Origin: Candidatus Thorarchaeota archaeon SMTZ1-45
Lineage (GTDB): Archaea; Asgardarchaeota; Thorarchaeia; Thorarchaeales; Thorarchaeaceae
Assembly: GCA_001563335.1 (NCBI GenBank)
Contig: LRSL01000109.1
Span: 32,001 to 96,000 of the forward strand
Reading direction: 5' to 3'
DNA length: 64,000 nt
The translations under genes were made by a program, and so were the position numbers. Positions 27,644-38,181 of the stretch are shown here, one piece after another; the stretch's first letter is position 1, and every line of letters begins with the position of its first letter. The notes under the pieces were generated by a model. It ran no database searches. It was not told the DNA's origin and worked only from the letters and a program-made list of their open reading frames with translations.

Positions 27644-28482
27644 CCGTTTTTGACCTCCTGGACAATTGTTGCCAGTTCTGCGCCTGTGAGCGGTACTTTG
27701 TTGAGAACAATCCCCCGGTCTTTCAATCGTTTGTATAGTTGTGTTGCCTTCGGAATTCCAACACCAATCTCTTGGCAAAGGTCCATTGTCAAAATTTCAC
27801 GAGGTTCACCATCAGCTACGATACTGCCTTTGTCCATCAATATTACTCGAGATGCATCTTTTGAAACCAAATCTAATCTATGTTCAACAAGTACTACAGT
27901 CATATCGCGGTGGTTTAGCTCTGCTATCAAATCAAGAATAGTTGCAGCACTCTGAGGATCTAGATTTGAAGTGGGTTCGTCAGCCACAAGTATCTTTGGT
28001 TTAAGCGCCAACGTTGCAGCCATTGCTACTCTCTGTTGTTCTCCTCCTGACATTTCGTGAGGGTGTTTCTCCCGTAGATGCTCAAGGTCCAACATCTCAA
28101 TAAGTTCCTCGACTCTTCGACGCACTTCATTTGGTTCAACGCCAAGATTCTCAGGACCGAAAGCAATCTCACGTTCTACGTTCAATGTGACAAGCTGATT
28201 CTCTGGTTGTTGAAATACTAACCCAGCGATTGTAGCAAGTTCAGCAACACTACAATCTCTCGTGCTTTTCCCATCAATTATTACATTACCAGCAATGTAG
28301 CCACGATGAAATTGTGGTACAAGACCATTGATAGCTCGACATAGAGTAGTCTTTCCGCAGCCACTGGGACCAGTAAGAACAACATATTCACCCTCCTCTA
28401 TGCGGAGGTTTATTTTCCGAAGTGCTAGAGTTTCTGCTCCTAGATACTTGAAACTGAAGTCTGCAAACTCTATCAGGGGCAC
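27640..28482 (-). CDS. ecfA1: ECF transporter ATPase
   Basis: GPSGCGKTT, QQPENQ, MSGGE and DEPT; start at GTG 28482. Confidence 0.92.
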   Translation of the reverse strand: MPLIEFADFSFKYLGAETLALRKINLRIEEGEYVVLTGPSGCGKTTLCRAINGLVPQFHRGYIAGNVIIDGKSTRDCSVAELATIAGLVFQQPENQLVTLNVEREIAFGPENLGVEPNEVRRRVEELIEMLDLEHLREKHPHEMSGGEQQRVAMAATLALKPKILVADEPTSNLDPQSAATILDLIAELNHRDMTVVLVEHRLDLVSKDASRVILMDKGSIVADGEPREILTMDLCQEIGVGIPKATQLYKRLKDRGIVLNKVPLTGAELATIVQEVKNG

Positions 28483-28495
28483 TCTAGGGTTCCTC

Positions 28496-29503
28496 CTATA
28501 CTGGACTATCTTCGTTCGAATCAGTTGTTTTTTCAACAATCCTCCTAATGAGCTCTACCGAAGTGACAAGCGCCTTATCGAGGTTTGACTTTCCATTGGC
28601 TCCGGCGGCATTTGCATGTCCACCACCCTCACCCTCTATAATTTGACCGACTGGTTCCATTACATCAGAACCAAGACTGACTCCTGTCTTTTCGTAGAAT
28701 TCTCTTCTACTACGTGAGCTGAGTCTCACAACATCTTTAGATGGACTACCACCAACAATGGCAACATCAGCGCCTAACTCAATGAGTCCTCGACATGCAC
28801 TTGCTTCGAATGCATTGACTTTTGAAATAGCTACAATCCAATCACCAATTGTATGTACTTTAACTCGTCCGGCTGCCTTTAAGCGAGCAATTCTTTCAGA
28901 TTTGTCAGGCTTGATTAATAGAGATTTCATGCATTCTTGATAATTAGCTCCTGCAACAATCAGTTCAATAGCTGTGGATAGTGTTTCATAGCCTGCGAAG
29001 AAAAACCGGCGTGTGTCAAAAATCATACCTGTGAGCAATAGGTCAGCAGTGTTAGCATCAATTTGAACTCCTAAGTCAGAATATAGTTTCACCATAATCT
29101 CACATGTAGATGACATCTCATCATGTAATATTTGGTGCTCAGCAATCAGATTGATCTCGGGGTTCCGTTCATGATGATCAATCACTATCGTCTTTTTGGG
29201 ATTTTCTAGAATGTTTTTCAGTGAAGGTCCAAGTTGGAATCTGCTGTTTGTATCAAGTAAAACAAATAAGTCGTGGTTCGAGCCGGCAGTATTTGAAACC
29301 TGTACCTTGGGTGCGAATGTCTGTAAAACCTGATTCGATAGTCGACTAATGTCGTCTGCTGCAAGGTGGAGGTTACCATTAGGATTTAGTGTTTTATAGA
29401 GCCTAGCAAATGCAATCATTGAACAGACTGCATCAGGATCAGCGTTTTGATGTCCAAGAATGAGGAGGTTCTTTGAGTCCTTTAGGAGACTCTCTAGACT
29501 CAC
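28496..29503 (-). CDS. DHH/DHHA1 phosphoesterase (NrnA-like)
   Basis: HQNADPDA, VIDHH and GGGHANAAG. Confidence 0.92.
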   Translation of the reverse strand: MSLESLLKDSKNLLILGHQNADPDAVCSMIAFARLYKTLNPNGNLHLAADDISRLSNQVLQTFAPKVQVSNTAGSNHDLFVLLDTNSRFQLGPSLKNILENPKKTIVIDHHERNPEINLIAEHQILHDEMSSTCEIMVKLYSDLGVQIDANTADLLLTGMIFDTRRFFFAGYETLSTAIELIVAGANYQECMKSLLIKPDKSERIARLKAAGRVKVHTIGDWIVAISKVNAFEASACRGLIELGADVAIVGGSPSKDVVRLSSRSRREFYEKTGVSLGSDVMEPVGQIIEGEGGGHANAAGANGKSNLDKALVTSVELIRRIVEKTTDSNEDSPV

Positions 29504-29811
29504 TTTTTCTTCATCTCCGTCAGCCGATTCTCAAGCCACTTCACTCCAAAATCAGTTGCATCTTGTAGCAGGTCATCAAGGGGTTGACTTGTACCGAACA
29601 GTTGATCTATCTCTATCTCAACATCGAGGTCAAGCTGACCATCAATTAGTTCCAAAGCACAGCTAACGAATAAAGTATCAATACTCTTCTCAGGAATCTT
29701 CTTCAGAATGAATTTGCTAATTTGTGATTCGCAATCTTCTGCAAGTTGCTCTAGAACATCCTCAGTCATATCTGGAAGTCCTAGTGTAATTATGGGACTC
29801 ATCTTTCTCAC
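29500..29811 (-). CDS. DUF3194-like protein
   Basis: Acidic 103-aa ORF in the usual position between prefoldin beta and DHH. Confidence 0.65.
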   Translation of the reverse strand: MRKMSPIITLGLPDMTEDVLEQLAEDCESQISKFILKKIPEKSIDTLFVSCALELIDGQLDLDVEIEIDQLFGTSQPLDDLLQDATDFGVKWLENRLTEMKKK

Positions 29812-30170
29812 TGAAGACGTAGGTTACGCTTGGAAAGCTCAAGCTGAATCTTATTATCAAGTTCTGTGAGCTCAGGGGTAAGTGTTGCGAGCTTGGTTTC
29901 AGCTTGCTTTATGCTCTTCTCAAGACCCTTTGCTTCAGTTTCAAGTTCGCTAACCATTGCAGGTTTTTCGACTCGGAACATGACCTGTCCCACAGCCTTG
30001 TAGGTAACCGTGTCATCAGGTTGTTTCCTTAAATTTTCAAGTGTTTCATTCAGCTGCTTAACCCGTTCCTTATAGGTTTCAACCATGTTAGTAAATGCGT
30101 CATGCTGACGTTTTAGATTATACAACTTCCGAATGTCAGAGTCCAATTCTGGAGGAATATTCTGAGCCAT
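29808..30170 (-). CDS. pfdB: Prefoldin beta subunit
   Basis: Coiled coil with TYKAVGQVMF hairpin; superoperon synteny. Confidence 0.88.
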   Translation of the reverse strand: MAQNIPPELDSDIRKLYNLKRQHDAFTNMVETYKERVKQLNETLENLRKQPDDTVTYKAVGQVMFRVEKPAMVSELETEAKGLEKSIKQAETKLATLTPELTELDNKIQLELSKRNLRLQ

Positions 30171-30254
30171 AGTTAGTGCACTCCTGTTTTCTCAAAAAGC
30201 TCCTTTCAAACTGCGCCTTATTAGTTGGGACTTAAGCATTTTGATTGGTCGATT

Positions 30255-30524
30255 TCAGCCTACTTGCTCAATTGATTTGATGCAGGCGGAAACCCATGCA
30301 ATATAGGAGTTCATTGCAGCACGCAATGAGGTTATGTCGCTAGCCTCGATTTCGATGATCAGAACTTTATCTCGAACAGATACTTGAGTTGTTGCTCTTT
30401 CAGATGGACTCGACCGAGTTTCAGGTTTGAGAGCAGCAAGGAGTATTTCTGCTGTTTGTTTTGAGTCGACTGGAATCTCAATCACTGATTTTCCTGAAAC
30501 AATACTTGAACCCATCCTACACAT
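30255..30524 (-). CDS. pcc1: KEOPS subunit Pcc1
   Basis: ALKPET...IEASDITSLRAAMNSY. Confidence 0.9.
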   Translation of the reverse strand: MCRMGSSIVSGKSVIEIPVDSKQTAEILLAALKPETRSSPSERATTQVSVRDKVLIIEIEASDITSLRAAMNSYIAWVSACIKSIEQVG

Positions 30525-31074
30525 TACTCCTGATTGATGTTACCTTGATTCTTGGACCTATTTCGATTCTTTCTGTAGAATGATAATGTGTCCAAAGAAT
30601 CTTTCCAGAAGGCTGGTCTTCTAACCAAATTAGTGACAAATTTTCCTCTATCAGAGCATCTTTGGGATGAGCTATCTCAACCATAGCAATACCAAGAAAT
30701 GATGATAATATCAATCCAAGTTCTCTAGTTTTGATATGGCTTCCTGATTTTATGAAGACTCCAGCAGTTCCGACGAGTCTTGTTTTCTTGTTCGCATTAA
30801 CCTCACGTCTGAGTTTTGCACTCTCAATCTTTATTGTAACAAGTTCTTCTCCTTTAGAAGATTTGAAACTAAGTATACTTGGATTTCCTTTCCACATCGA
30901 AATAACAAGCGCAGCCTTGGCACCAGACTGCGCTACACGAGCAGCTAGTTCAGTTAAACCCATTCCACCCCGGTTGAATCGTTCAGTTCCAGGAAGGACT
31001 GCCCATAGATCACGTGAAAAAGAGCGCACTCGGTTGCTTGTCTTCCGTGAGGTTGTAATAAGCAGATTGGGCAA
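30517..31074 (-). CDS. Brix/Imp4 ribosome biogenesis protein
   Basis: LITTSRKTSNRVRSF...NRG; synteny. Confidence 0.88.
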   Translation of the reverse strand: MPNLLITTSRKTSNRVRSFSRDLWAVLPGTERFNRGGMGLTELAARVAQSGAKAALVISMWKGNPSILSFKSSKGEELVTIKIESAKLRREVNANKKTRLVGTAGVFIKSGSHIKTRELGLILSSFLGIAMVEIAHPKDALIEENLSLIWLEDQPSGKILWTHYHSTERIEIGPRIKVTSIRSNV

Positions 31075-31091
31075 GATATTTCGGCCTGAAG

Positions 31092-31493
31092 TTACTCTAC
31101 ATCATTAAGAGTTTCTGTATCATCAGTGGTGACTGCTTCAGTGTCGATTTCGACCTTTTCCGTTTCAACATTAGGAAGGAAATCAACTACTTCTTCAATG
31201 TCTTCATCTTCTCGAAGTGAAAGAAAATCACCTGAAACCCTCTGAGCAATAGCTCTCTTTGCAGCTTTTCCAGCCTCAGTAAATGGTACATATGCACCAC
31301 CAGCAAAGAGCAGGTCGCATTTACTGCACTCCCAAAGGCCAACAGCTTTTCTCTTCAACGCTTTCGTAGCACATGAAGGACAACGTGTTGGTTCCTTCCT
31401 TCGGCTGTCGATATCAAGGGCTCTACGCCGCAGCTTGGCACCATACCTTGATCCATATCTTCCTGTGCTACCAACCTTCTTAGTTCGTGCCAT
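31092..31493 (-). CDS. rpl37ae: 50S ribosomal protein L37Ae (eL43) with acidic C-terminal extension
   Basis: TKKVGSTGRYGSRYG, CPSC...WECSKC and FAGGAY. Confidence 0.96.
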   Translation of the reverse strand: MARTKKVGSTGRYGSRYGAKLRRRALDIDSRRKEPTRCPSCATKALKRKAVGLWECSKCDLLFAGGAYVPFTEAGKAAKRAIAQRVSGDFLSLREDEDIEEVVDFLPNVETEKVEIDTEAVTTDDTETLNDVE

Positions 31494-31609
31494 TTCTTGG
31501 ACTCCTTTGCTGTTTACTTTACTCTCATGAAAAGAGTGGTTAGGCTGCTGGAACCTATCAGTCGCCCAGCAGTTCCTCTTATTATCTTATCTATCGGTAA
31601 ATAGAAGTT

Positions 31610-31638
31610 GGATGATTGGGAACTAGTCCAAATCATCT
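31610..31638 (-). terminator. Hairpin downstream of rrp42
   Basis: GGATGATTGGGA-N5-TCCAAATCATCT imperfect inverted repeat just after the rrp42 stop. Confidence 0.4.
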
Positions 31639-31647
31639 ACATTTAAA

Positions 31648-32484
31648 CTATTCAACTGATTTTACAGCCTCGTCAATGACTTTATGAAGGTCCTTGTTTG
31701 CCTCCTGAGCAATGTCCATAGCTTGATCAATAAGCTCAAGGGACATTGGTCCGGATCCGCCACCTTTTTGCATGGCTGTGAAGTTATTATTCCTATCAAC
31801 TGCCATGGTCAATCTACAATCTTGAACGAACTCTTCCTTTAGAATTGTATCAAGGATTAGAATGTCATCAATCTTCGCGACTGTTACCTCAACAGCGACA
31901 TTCTTTATCGGAAGAGACAGTAGTTCTCCGGTTTCTATGAGTTTACCATCTTCAACCTTCATTTCAGGATACTTTGTTGTGAGGAGCGCTGCATTGACAG
32001 CGATAGACGATGCATCAATGAGGTTGCCATCGTATTCTATAGGATATATATCTGCAAATACCATGTAGGCTTTCTTACCCTCCTCAATGCTGAGCTCCTT
32101 AGTGTCTACAGTTTCAGATTCTCTTACGCCTCTGTCCACAACTCGTGCAAGCTCAATGGCATCCTCCTTAGGAGGGCCAAGCTCGAAAAGAGGTGATGCA
32201 ATTGGTGACATCTCAGCGGTTACCATGGTAACGCCCTCATCAGGAGAATCAGGATAGGGGTCTCCAACGAGAACCTTCACACCAGCAACCACACTGGTAT
32301 CACCCAATCTTACAAAAGCTGAACCTTCAGCTTTTGCAGGTACTACATTGACTTCAACCTCAATATCACGATACTCATTGAATGCTCTACCATCAATTCG
32401 CTCACCCTTATGTAGAAGGTCCGAGATGAACTCACGATCAATATGACTAATTGTTTGAGAACTATAATCGCCCATTCTACTCAT
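31648..32484 (-). CDS. rrp42: Exosome complex component Rrp42
   Basis: RIDGRAFNEYR, AEGSAFVRLG and ELARVVDRG. Confidence 0.95.
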   Translation of the reverse strand: MSRMGDYSSQTISHIDREFISDLLHKGERIDGRAFNEYRDIEVEVNVVPAKAEGSAFVRLGDTSVVAGVKVLVGDPYPDSPDEGVTMVTAEMSPIASPLFELGPPKEDAIELARVVDRGVRESETVDTKELSIEEGKKAYMVFADIYPIEYDGNLIDASSIAVNAALLTTKYPEMKVEDGKLIETGELLSLPIKNVAVEVTVAKIDDILILDTILKEEFVQDCRLTMAVDRNNNFTAMQKGGGSGPMSLELIDQAMDIAQEANKDLHKVIDEAVKSVE

Positions 32485-33298
32485 CCTCCATCAATTCTGC
32501 TTCGCCAAGATCTGTTTCTAGATCATCATCAAAGTCATCATCCTCATCATCTTCATCATCCTCTTCATCAGGTGTCTTCTTGACGTACGCCCTTCGAAGA
32601 GCTTCTTTTTGTAGTTCATGAAGGTACTTGCAAGCGTTTATTCCCATTTGCATTGCTTCTTGGAGTTCTTCACGAGTAAAGGATCCATCTTGTTGTAGGA
32701 GAGTTAGCTCCTCTGTATTCGGAATGATGGCCATTGGCACATCACCCTGACCATACTTGTCCTCCTCGTCACCAAGATCCACGATTAGTTGACCATCAGC
32801 CTTTCCAACAGCTACAGAAGGAATTAGACTCTTCATTGGAATTCCAGCATCTGCAAGTGCTAATGAAGCTGCATTGATTGCGGCACAACGAGTACCTCCA
32901 TCAGCTTGAATCACTTGGATGAAAACATCTACAACAGCTTTTGGAAACTCCTCAAGGAATAATGCGGGTTTCAAAGCATTGGCTATGACCATGGAAATCT
33001 CTTTCTCTCTGCGAGAAGGAGCAGGCCGTTTTCTGTCTGGAACAGAAAATGTAGCCATCCGATATTCAACTCGTAAATATGCTCTATCATTTAGTGTCAA
33101 GTGTCTTGGATGAAGCTCCCTAGGACCATAAACACCAGCAATAATGTAGGTCTTTCCTTGACGGATTGATGCTGAGCCATCAGCTTGTTTTAGTACTCCT
33201 ACTTTTAGCTCAATCGGTCTCATTTCATCAGGTCTTCGACCGTCCACTCTCAAGCCCTCAGGACTAATCAAAAAGTCAGGCTTTATTTCAGGACTCAT
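32477..33298 (-). CDS. rrp41: Exosome complex component Rrp41
   Basis: RVDGRRPDEMR, YGPRE and QADGGTR; acidic tail. Confidence 0.96.
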   Translation of the reverse strand: MSPEIKPDFLISPEGLRVDGRRPDEMRPIELKVGVLKQADGSASIRQGKTYIIAGVYGPRELHPRHLTLNDRAYLRVEYRMATFSVPDRKRPAPSRREKEISMVIANALKPALFLEEFPKAVVDVFIQVIQADGGTRCAAINAASLALADAGIPMKSLIPSVAVGKADGQLIVDLGDEEDKYGQGDVPMAIIPNTEELTLLQQDGSFTREELQEAMQMGINACKYLHELQKEALRRAYVKKTPDEEDDEDDEDDDFDDDLETDLGEAELMEDE

Positions 33299-34194
33299 TC
33301 TTCACTCACTTCCTCATTCTTTTTCTCATCTTCTTCTTCAATTACTTGAGCCTCAGCCTCGACCTCAACTGATTCGTCCTCTACAGCTTCTGTCATGACC
33401 TCGTACTCAGATTCAGGTTCCAGTTCTACGTCTGATTCATCCTCATCAGAGATATCATCTGGAACATCGACTTCTTCCGAGTCAATTTCGTTTCCGGGCG
33501 AACTACTGGCCTTTATTTTAGCCATCTCTTCCGAAAGCATCTCACTTATCCGGTCTGTTAGTTTGGATGTATGTGCTTGAGCTTCAATTGTCCTAAAAGC
33601 CTTAATCGCAAGCCTCAAAACTTCCGTGCTTGGAGCACGAATCCAAATTCGCCCGTTTTGACCCACCATTGTTTGGATATTCAGGTGATCTTTGATCATG
33701 TTAATCATAGACCCTCTTCTACCAATTATTCGTGGGATTTTGGCAGGACTCACATTCAAAATCATCCCACCTTGGAGAACTCTAAGTCCACGTCCCTTCA
33801 TCCCGAGGAATGGACCACTGCCTCTGTCGAAGGCTATAATTTCTGCAGCAATTACATCTCCAATATCCATATACTCAGAGATGTCATCAGAGTAAGGTCT
33901 CCTTAACGCATTGTTTGCGTGCAGAGATGCTCCATATGGACCACCTATATCCACCTTCCAGTTATTGCCTGCCACTAGAGTTATTATACCAATTACTAAA
34001 TCTCCTTCTTTTGGGATGTAAGCACCTTCGAGAGCGACTACTTTAACCGTGTTGCCTCTAAGTTCTGCTAAACCAACGAGAGAGGAGAATATCTTGCCGT
34101 CCTCACCATATGTGCCAAAGGAGGCTCTATACCTACCCTCTGCAAGTAGTTGGCCGGGGACGACTACTTCTCGTTTCTGGAAATATACTGCCAA
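33295..34194 (-). CDS. rrp4: Exosome complex component Rrp4
   Basis: VVPGQ, S1 domain YIPKEGDLVIG and KH IPRIIGRRGSM; acidic tail. Confidence 0.95.
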   Translation of the reverse strand: MAVYFQKREVVVPGQLLAEGRYRASFGTYGEDGKIFSSLVGLAELRGNTVKVVALEGAYIPKEGDLVIGIITLVAGNNWKVDIGGPYGASLHANNALRRPYSDDISEYMDIGDVIAAEIIAFDRGSGPFLGMKGRGLRVLQGGMILNVSPAKIPRIIGRRGSMINMIKDHLNIQTMVGQNGRIWIRAPSTEVLRLAIKAFRTIEAQAHTSKLTDRISEMLSEEMAKIKASSSPGNEIDSEEVDVPDDISDEDESDVELEPESEYEVMTEAVEDESVEVEAEAQVIEEEDEKKNEEVSEE

Positions 34195-34254
34195 TGATTT
34201 ATTCCCTCATTCTGTAATGATTATGATTTTTGATTGTTCTCTCTTCATTCACGC

Positions 34255-34986
34255 TCATCTGACGACTTCAATTCTGATTTGTCCCTTCGTCAGTTTGTTG
34301 AGCTCATCATAGAGTTCTTGTCGCCTTTGTGCAGGAATCTCAACGAGTCCTGTCCATGACCCATCTTGACCCCATGATTCAGATTTGATTACACCTGCGG
34401 TTGCTACCATGTTGTATCCTTTCCCAGAGTATGAAGCAGGCAATGTGATCTGTAGTTTCACACTTTCAAAAGAGATGGGAATGATTACACGTAGTGCCTT
34501 CACAATGTTCGGAATCTGTTCATCCACATTAATGAAAGGGTCAACACGAACTTTTGCTTCTTGCATAGCTTGTCGGATTCTATCTGGGGGATGTGGGTGA
34601 CCTGTTTGGGGATTCATAGCACGCTTTGATATATGGTCGATTATTGTTTCAGTCTTCTCTGCAACCATTTGATCTCGTTGTTCATGTGTTAGTCGAAATT
34701 CACCTTGTTTGATGATTTCTGGAGCTATGTCAAAGATTTCATCAGATCCAAATGCGTCCTTCACAAGACTGTCTGTTGCATGCTCTCCTCGTTTTGCATC
34801 CTCATAAACTTCGTAGGATTTTAGAATATCTTCGAGAGGAATATCTTCACCACGTCGGTAATCAAATGCAAGATTTGGGTCTACTAATAACTCGAATCGA
34901 AGATGTCCTTTTTGTAATCCAACTACAACTGCATCAAGATCGACCCATTTCTCTCCTGTCTTCCTGCCTGATCCTCCACGCATCAT
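34255..34986 (-). CDS. Ribosome maturation factor SBDS/Sdo1
   Basis: RFELLV, NPQTGHPHPPDRI; synteny. Confidence 0.93.
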   Translation of the reverse strand: MMRGGSGRKTGEKWVDLDAVVVGLQKGHLRFELLVDPNLAFDYRRGEDIPLEDILKSYEVYEDAKRGEHATDSLVKDAFGSDEIFDIAPEIIKQGEFRLTHEQRDQMVAEKTETIIDHISKRAMNPQTGHPHPPDRIRQAMQEAKVRVDPFINVDEQIPNIVKALRVIIPISFESVKLQITLPASYSGKGYNMVATAGVIKSESWGQDGSWTGLVEIPAQRRQELYDELNKLTKGQIRIEVVR

Positions 34987-35000
34987 TTGTAGGTCAACTC

Positions 35001-35732
35001 TTATGCTTTCTTAGGCTTGGTAGGTTGAAGGTAGGATTTGATCTCAGAGCTTGATAGTTTCTTGAATTTCCGAGATTTCACTGGAATCTTGGCGATCTCA
35101 ACGTTGTCTTCATTTAGGCTCTTCTCACCAGATTCATGAAGTGAACCTATTGCAAGTTCAACTGCATCATTTAGACTAAGTTTCCGATTGTATCTCTTTT
35201 CAAGATACTCACCAGCAGTTGCAGCACCCCTTCCAATGATTGAAGCTAAGAAGCCCCAATATGTGCCTACAGGGTCTGTGACAAACAATCTTGGCGATCC
35301 ATCATGATCAACTGAACCAATTATCATGGCTACACCATAGGGTCTAGCACCACCACCTTGGGTAAACTGTGCTTTGATGTCACATATATGCTCAGCCAAA
35401 ACTTCTGCTGGTACTGATTCTTCAAATGTTAGCCAGTACGATTGTGCTTTTACTCTTGCTTCTGCTATAAGCTTTCGAGCATCAGCCATCAAACCAGATG
35501 TGGCGACGCCAACATGCTCATCTATCTTTGAGATTTTTTCCACGCTATCAGGCTCTTGTAAAGGTTGAATCTTTTTCTCAGCGAGTAGAACAATTCCTTC
35601 GTCTACAAGAATACCTATTGATGTAGCACCTTGTTCGACTGCTTTCTTCGCATATTCCGCAGCGAATATTCGTCCATCAGGACTAAAGATGCTGGTACTC
35701 ATATCATAACCAGCGCCAGAGATCCCAAACAT
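35001..35732 (-). CDS. psmA: Proteasome alpha subunit
   Basis: GYDMSTSIFSPDGR, SGLMADAR and RPYGV; start at ATG 35732. Confidence 0.95.
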   Translation of the reverse strand: MFGISGAGYDMSTSIFSPDGRIFAAEYAKKAVEQGATSIGILVDEGIVLLAEKKIQPLQEPDSVEKISKIDEHVGVATSGLMADARKLIAEARVKAQSYWLTFEESVPAEVLAEHICDIKAQFTQGGGARPYGVAMIIGSVDHDGSPRLFVTDPVGTYWGFLASIIGRGAATAGEYLEKRYNRKLSLNDAVELAIGSLHESGEKSLNEDNVEIAKIPVKSRKFKKLSSSEIKSYLQPTKPKKA

Positions 35733-35933
35733 AGTTTCATCCTCCAAGAAGCAACCAGAACACAACGGAAGTCAGAACTTTTCCAAAGATATTCAATCCA
35801 ACAATTCCGAAGAGTTGTGACAACTTCTTTGCTACCAGCCCTAGGCTTTCCTGCCACTAGGCTTTAAAACGGAAACCAAGACCTATCCACATAAAGCTTC
35901 TGGTGCATCTGTATAATTGACTGTACACTGAAT

Positions 35934-36332
35934 TTAGTCTTGAAGAAGGTAGAGATACACTACAAAACCTAGGGACAATACAACTGTTGCAGCACCAACG
36001 AAAAGACCAAACATTGCGGATGTCACAATTGCTATGATTATCAGAAGGACAATGACATCAGTCCAACCAGCTCTAATATTGGTCAGCGCTAGTCGTAGAT
36101 TGATCACAGTTACTGAAAGGAAGATGAATGCCATGAGCATTATTATAACTTCAATCAAAACTGTAAGAGCGGGGTTCAACTCATTAATTGCACCAACGGG
36201 GCTTGTAGCAATGACCTCTGGTGAAGACCAAGCCCAAAAAGTTAGTCCCAAGATGAAAAATACTATAGTGAAAACGACCGTAATTATCGTGGAACGTATC
36301 ATTTCGCTTCTTTCAGGGATTTCGTCGCTCAC
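35934..36332 (-). CDS. Small integral membrane protein
   Basis: About 4 hydrophobic segments. Confidence 0.75.
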   Translation of the reverse strand: MSDEIPERSEMIRSTIITVVFTIVFFILGLTFWAWSSPEVIATSPVGAINELNPALTVLIEVIIMLMAFIFLSVTVINLRLALTNIRAGWTDVIVLLIIIAIVTSAMFGLFVGAATVVLSLGFVVYLYLLQD

Positions 36333-36431
36333 TGTTCTTCACACGACCTTGGAACCCGAGGACTTACGTATCACTCTTAAACATACCGACCGATTGAACG
36401 TTGTTCAAGCTTTCAATTAGCACCATCGAAA

Positions 36432-37382
36432 TCAATGATCATGATGATGCTCATGTCCCTCATTGGTAGACAATGATTCTATGAATGTGTCAGTTGGGTC
36501 ATTCGATTCAGTTTTAGAATCAGGCAGATCGACATGAACTCTCTCTCTCATTCGTTTGATTTGGAGAGCTAGTAAATAGGATAGTGCAGCCAGAATACCT
36601 GCGATGGCACTTGGTGAAACATAGACCACAAATGATGTTGCTATACCAACAAGTTCAGCTACTAGAGCTATTAGAAACACAGAGAGAATTACACCGCTAA
36701 CCGATTTCACTAATTCATTAGAGGCTGCTGCAGGAGCAACCATTATTGCATAGACTAGAATAGCACCCACAGCCTTCGTAGCAAGAGCTATAGCAAGAGC
36801 TGAAACTATGAGCATCAGGTAATGATAGGCACGTGCGTTCATTCCGTGTGCAACTGAACCCTCCATATCAACACTGACGTATACAAATTCCTTATTGAAC
36901 ATCAAAGTGATGAAACCTAGTAGAACGGATGTGCTTGCTAGCATAATGACATCAATGTTATTGAGAAGAAGGATATCACCAATCAAGTAACCCCAAATCT
37001 GTGGAACTCTGTAAGGAGGGATATAGTACATCAAAAAGACTGCAAGGCTCATTGATAAAGCGAAGGAAACTCCCACTGCGACTTCCATTTTTTGTGTTAT
37101 TCCTGATTCTCCAGCGTACCCTGTAAAGACTGCCACTAGTACACTAAACAATAAAGCTCCAAGTATTGGGTCAAACCAAGGAATAAGCCCGGAGTCCTGT
37201 AAGAAAATACCGAGAGCTGTCCCACCAAGTGCGGCGTGTGCTACACCAGATGCCATGAAAGAGAGTCCACGAAAAACAAGAAATGTTCCACTTGCTGCTG
37301 CAACTATAGCAACCAAAACTGTTGCTATAATTGCTCTTTGGAGAAATGGACTATCGATGATTAACTGGAGTATATCAATCAT
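36432..37382 (-). CDS. Metal (Zn/Mn/Ni) ABC permease, ZnuB/TroCD family
   Basis: VAHAALGG, YLIGDIL and VGAILV; His-rich tail HEHHHDH. Confidence 0.9.
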   Translation of the reverse strand: MIDILQLIIDSPFLQRAIIATVLVAIVAAASGTFLVFRGLSFMASGVAHAALGGTALGIFLQDSGLIPWFDPILGALLFSVLVAVFTGYAGESGITQKMEVAVGVSFALSMSLAVFLMYYIPPYRVPQIWGYLIGDILLLNNIDVIMLASTSVLLGFITLMFNKEFVYVSVDMEGSVAHGMNARAYHYLMLIVSALAIALATKAVGAILVYAIMVAPAAASNELVKSVSGVILSVFLIALVAELVGIATSFVVYVSPSAIAGILAALSYLLALQIKRMRERVHVDLPDSKTESNDPTDTFIESLSTNEGHEHHHDH

Positions 37383-38181
37383 GACGATCAATTCCTGAGT
37401 CACGAGTCATGCAATACCGATGCCCCGCATACTCCACAATTCTTGCAGTAGGTCCATATACCCTTTTCATTAACTCTGGGTCCATCACACTGCAAGGCGC
37501 ACCAGTTCCGATGACCGTATTCTTCAGTAGCAAGACATCTTGAACTAGAGTATGAACAGGATTGAGGTCATGTGTGACCATTATTATGCTAACATCATTC
37601 TCTTTGTGATACCTACCAAGAGCTTCAACAATTTGATCTTGGCTCTCTGCATCTGTACCTGCTAGTGGTTCATCAAGCACAAGAATTGAGCCCTCACTAG
37701 CCAAAGCCCGAGCCACTAGGACTCTTTGCCTTTGACCCCCTGAGAGCTCTGGAAAAGGACGATCCCATAGATCAATCATATTAACCTGTTCCAGTGCATT
37801 TCTAGCAATTCTGATGTCATTTGATGAGGCAAATCGAGGAGGCATCTTTTTGAGAAGTCTACCCATTAGAACTATATCTTTCACCTTCATTGGTACTGTG
37901 AGTTCTATTTGATCTCTCTGAGGTACGTACCTCACCATTTTCCTAATTTTTCCAGATTCTTTTACGGAGTCGAGACCATTGACTTTGATACAGCCTCTGA
38001 ATGGATGTATGAGTCCTAAAAAGGTCTTGAGCAAAGTAGACTTTCCAGACCCATTTGGCCCTATAATCGCCATGAAACTTGGAGATTTTATCTGAAAGGT
38101 AACATTATGCAGGGCGAGTTCGCCATTGGGATAACGAACAGCTAAATTTTGTGCTAGTAATAATGGTTCAGTGGTCATCAA
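37375..38181 (-). CDS. Metal ABC transporter ATPase (ZnuC family)
   Basis: GPNGSGKST, YVPQ, LSGGQRQR and VTHD. Confidence 0.92.
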   Translation of the reverse strand: MMTTEPLLLAQNLAVRYPNGELALHNVTFQIKSPSFMAIIGPNGSGKSTLLKTFLGLIHPFRGCIKVNGLDSVKESGKIRKMVRYVPQRDQIELTVPMKVKDIVLMGRLLKKMPPRFASSNDIRIARNALEQVNMIDLWDRPFPELSGGQRQRVLVARALASEGSILVLDEPLAGTDAESQDQIVEALGRYHKENDVSIIMVTHDLNPVHTLVQDVLLLKNTVIGTGAPCSVMDPELMKRVYGPTARIVEYAGHRYCMTRDSGIDRHD

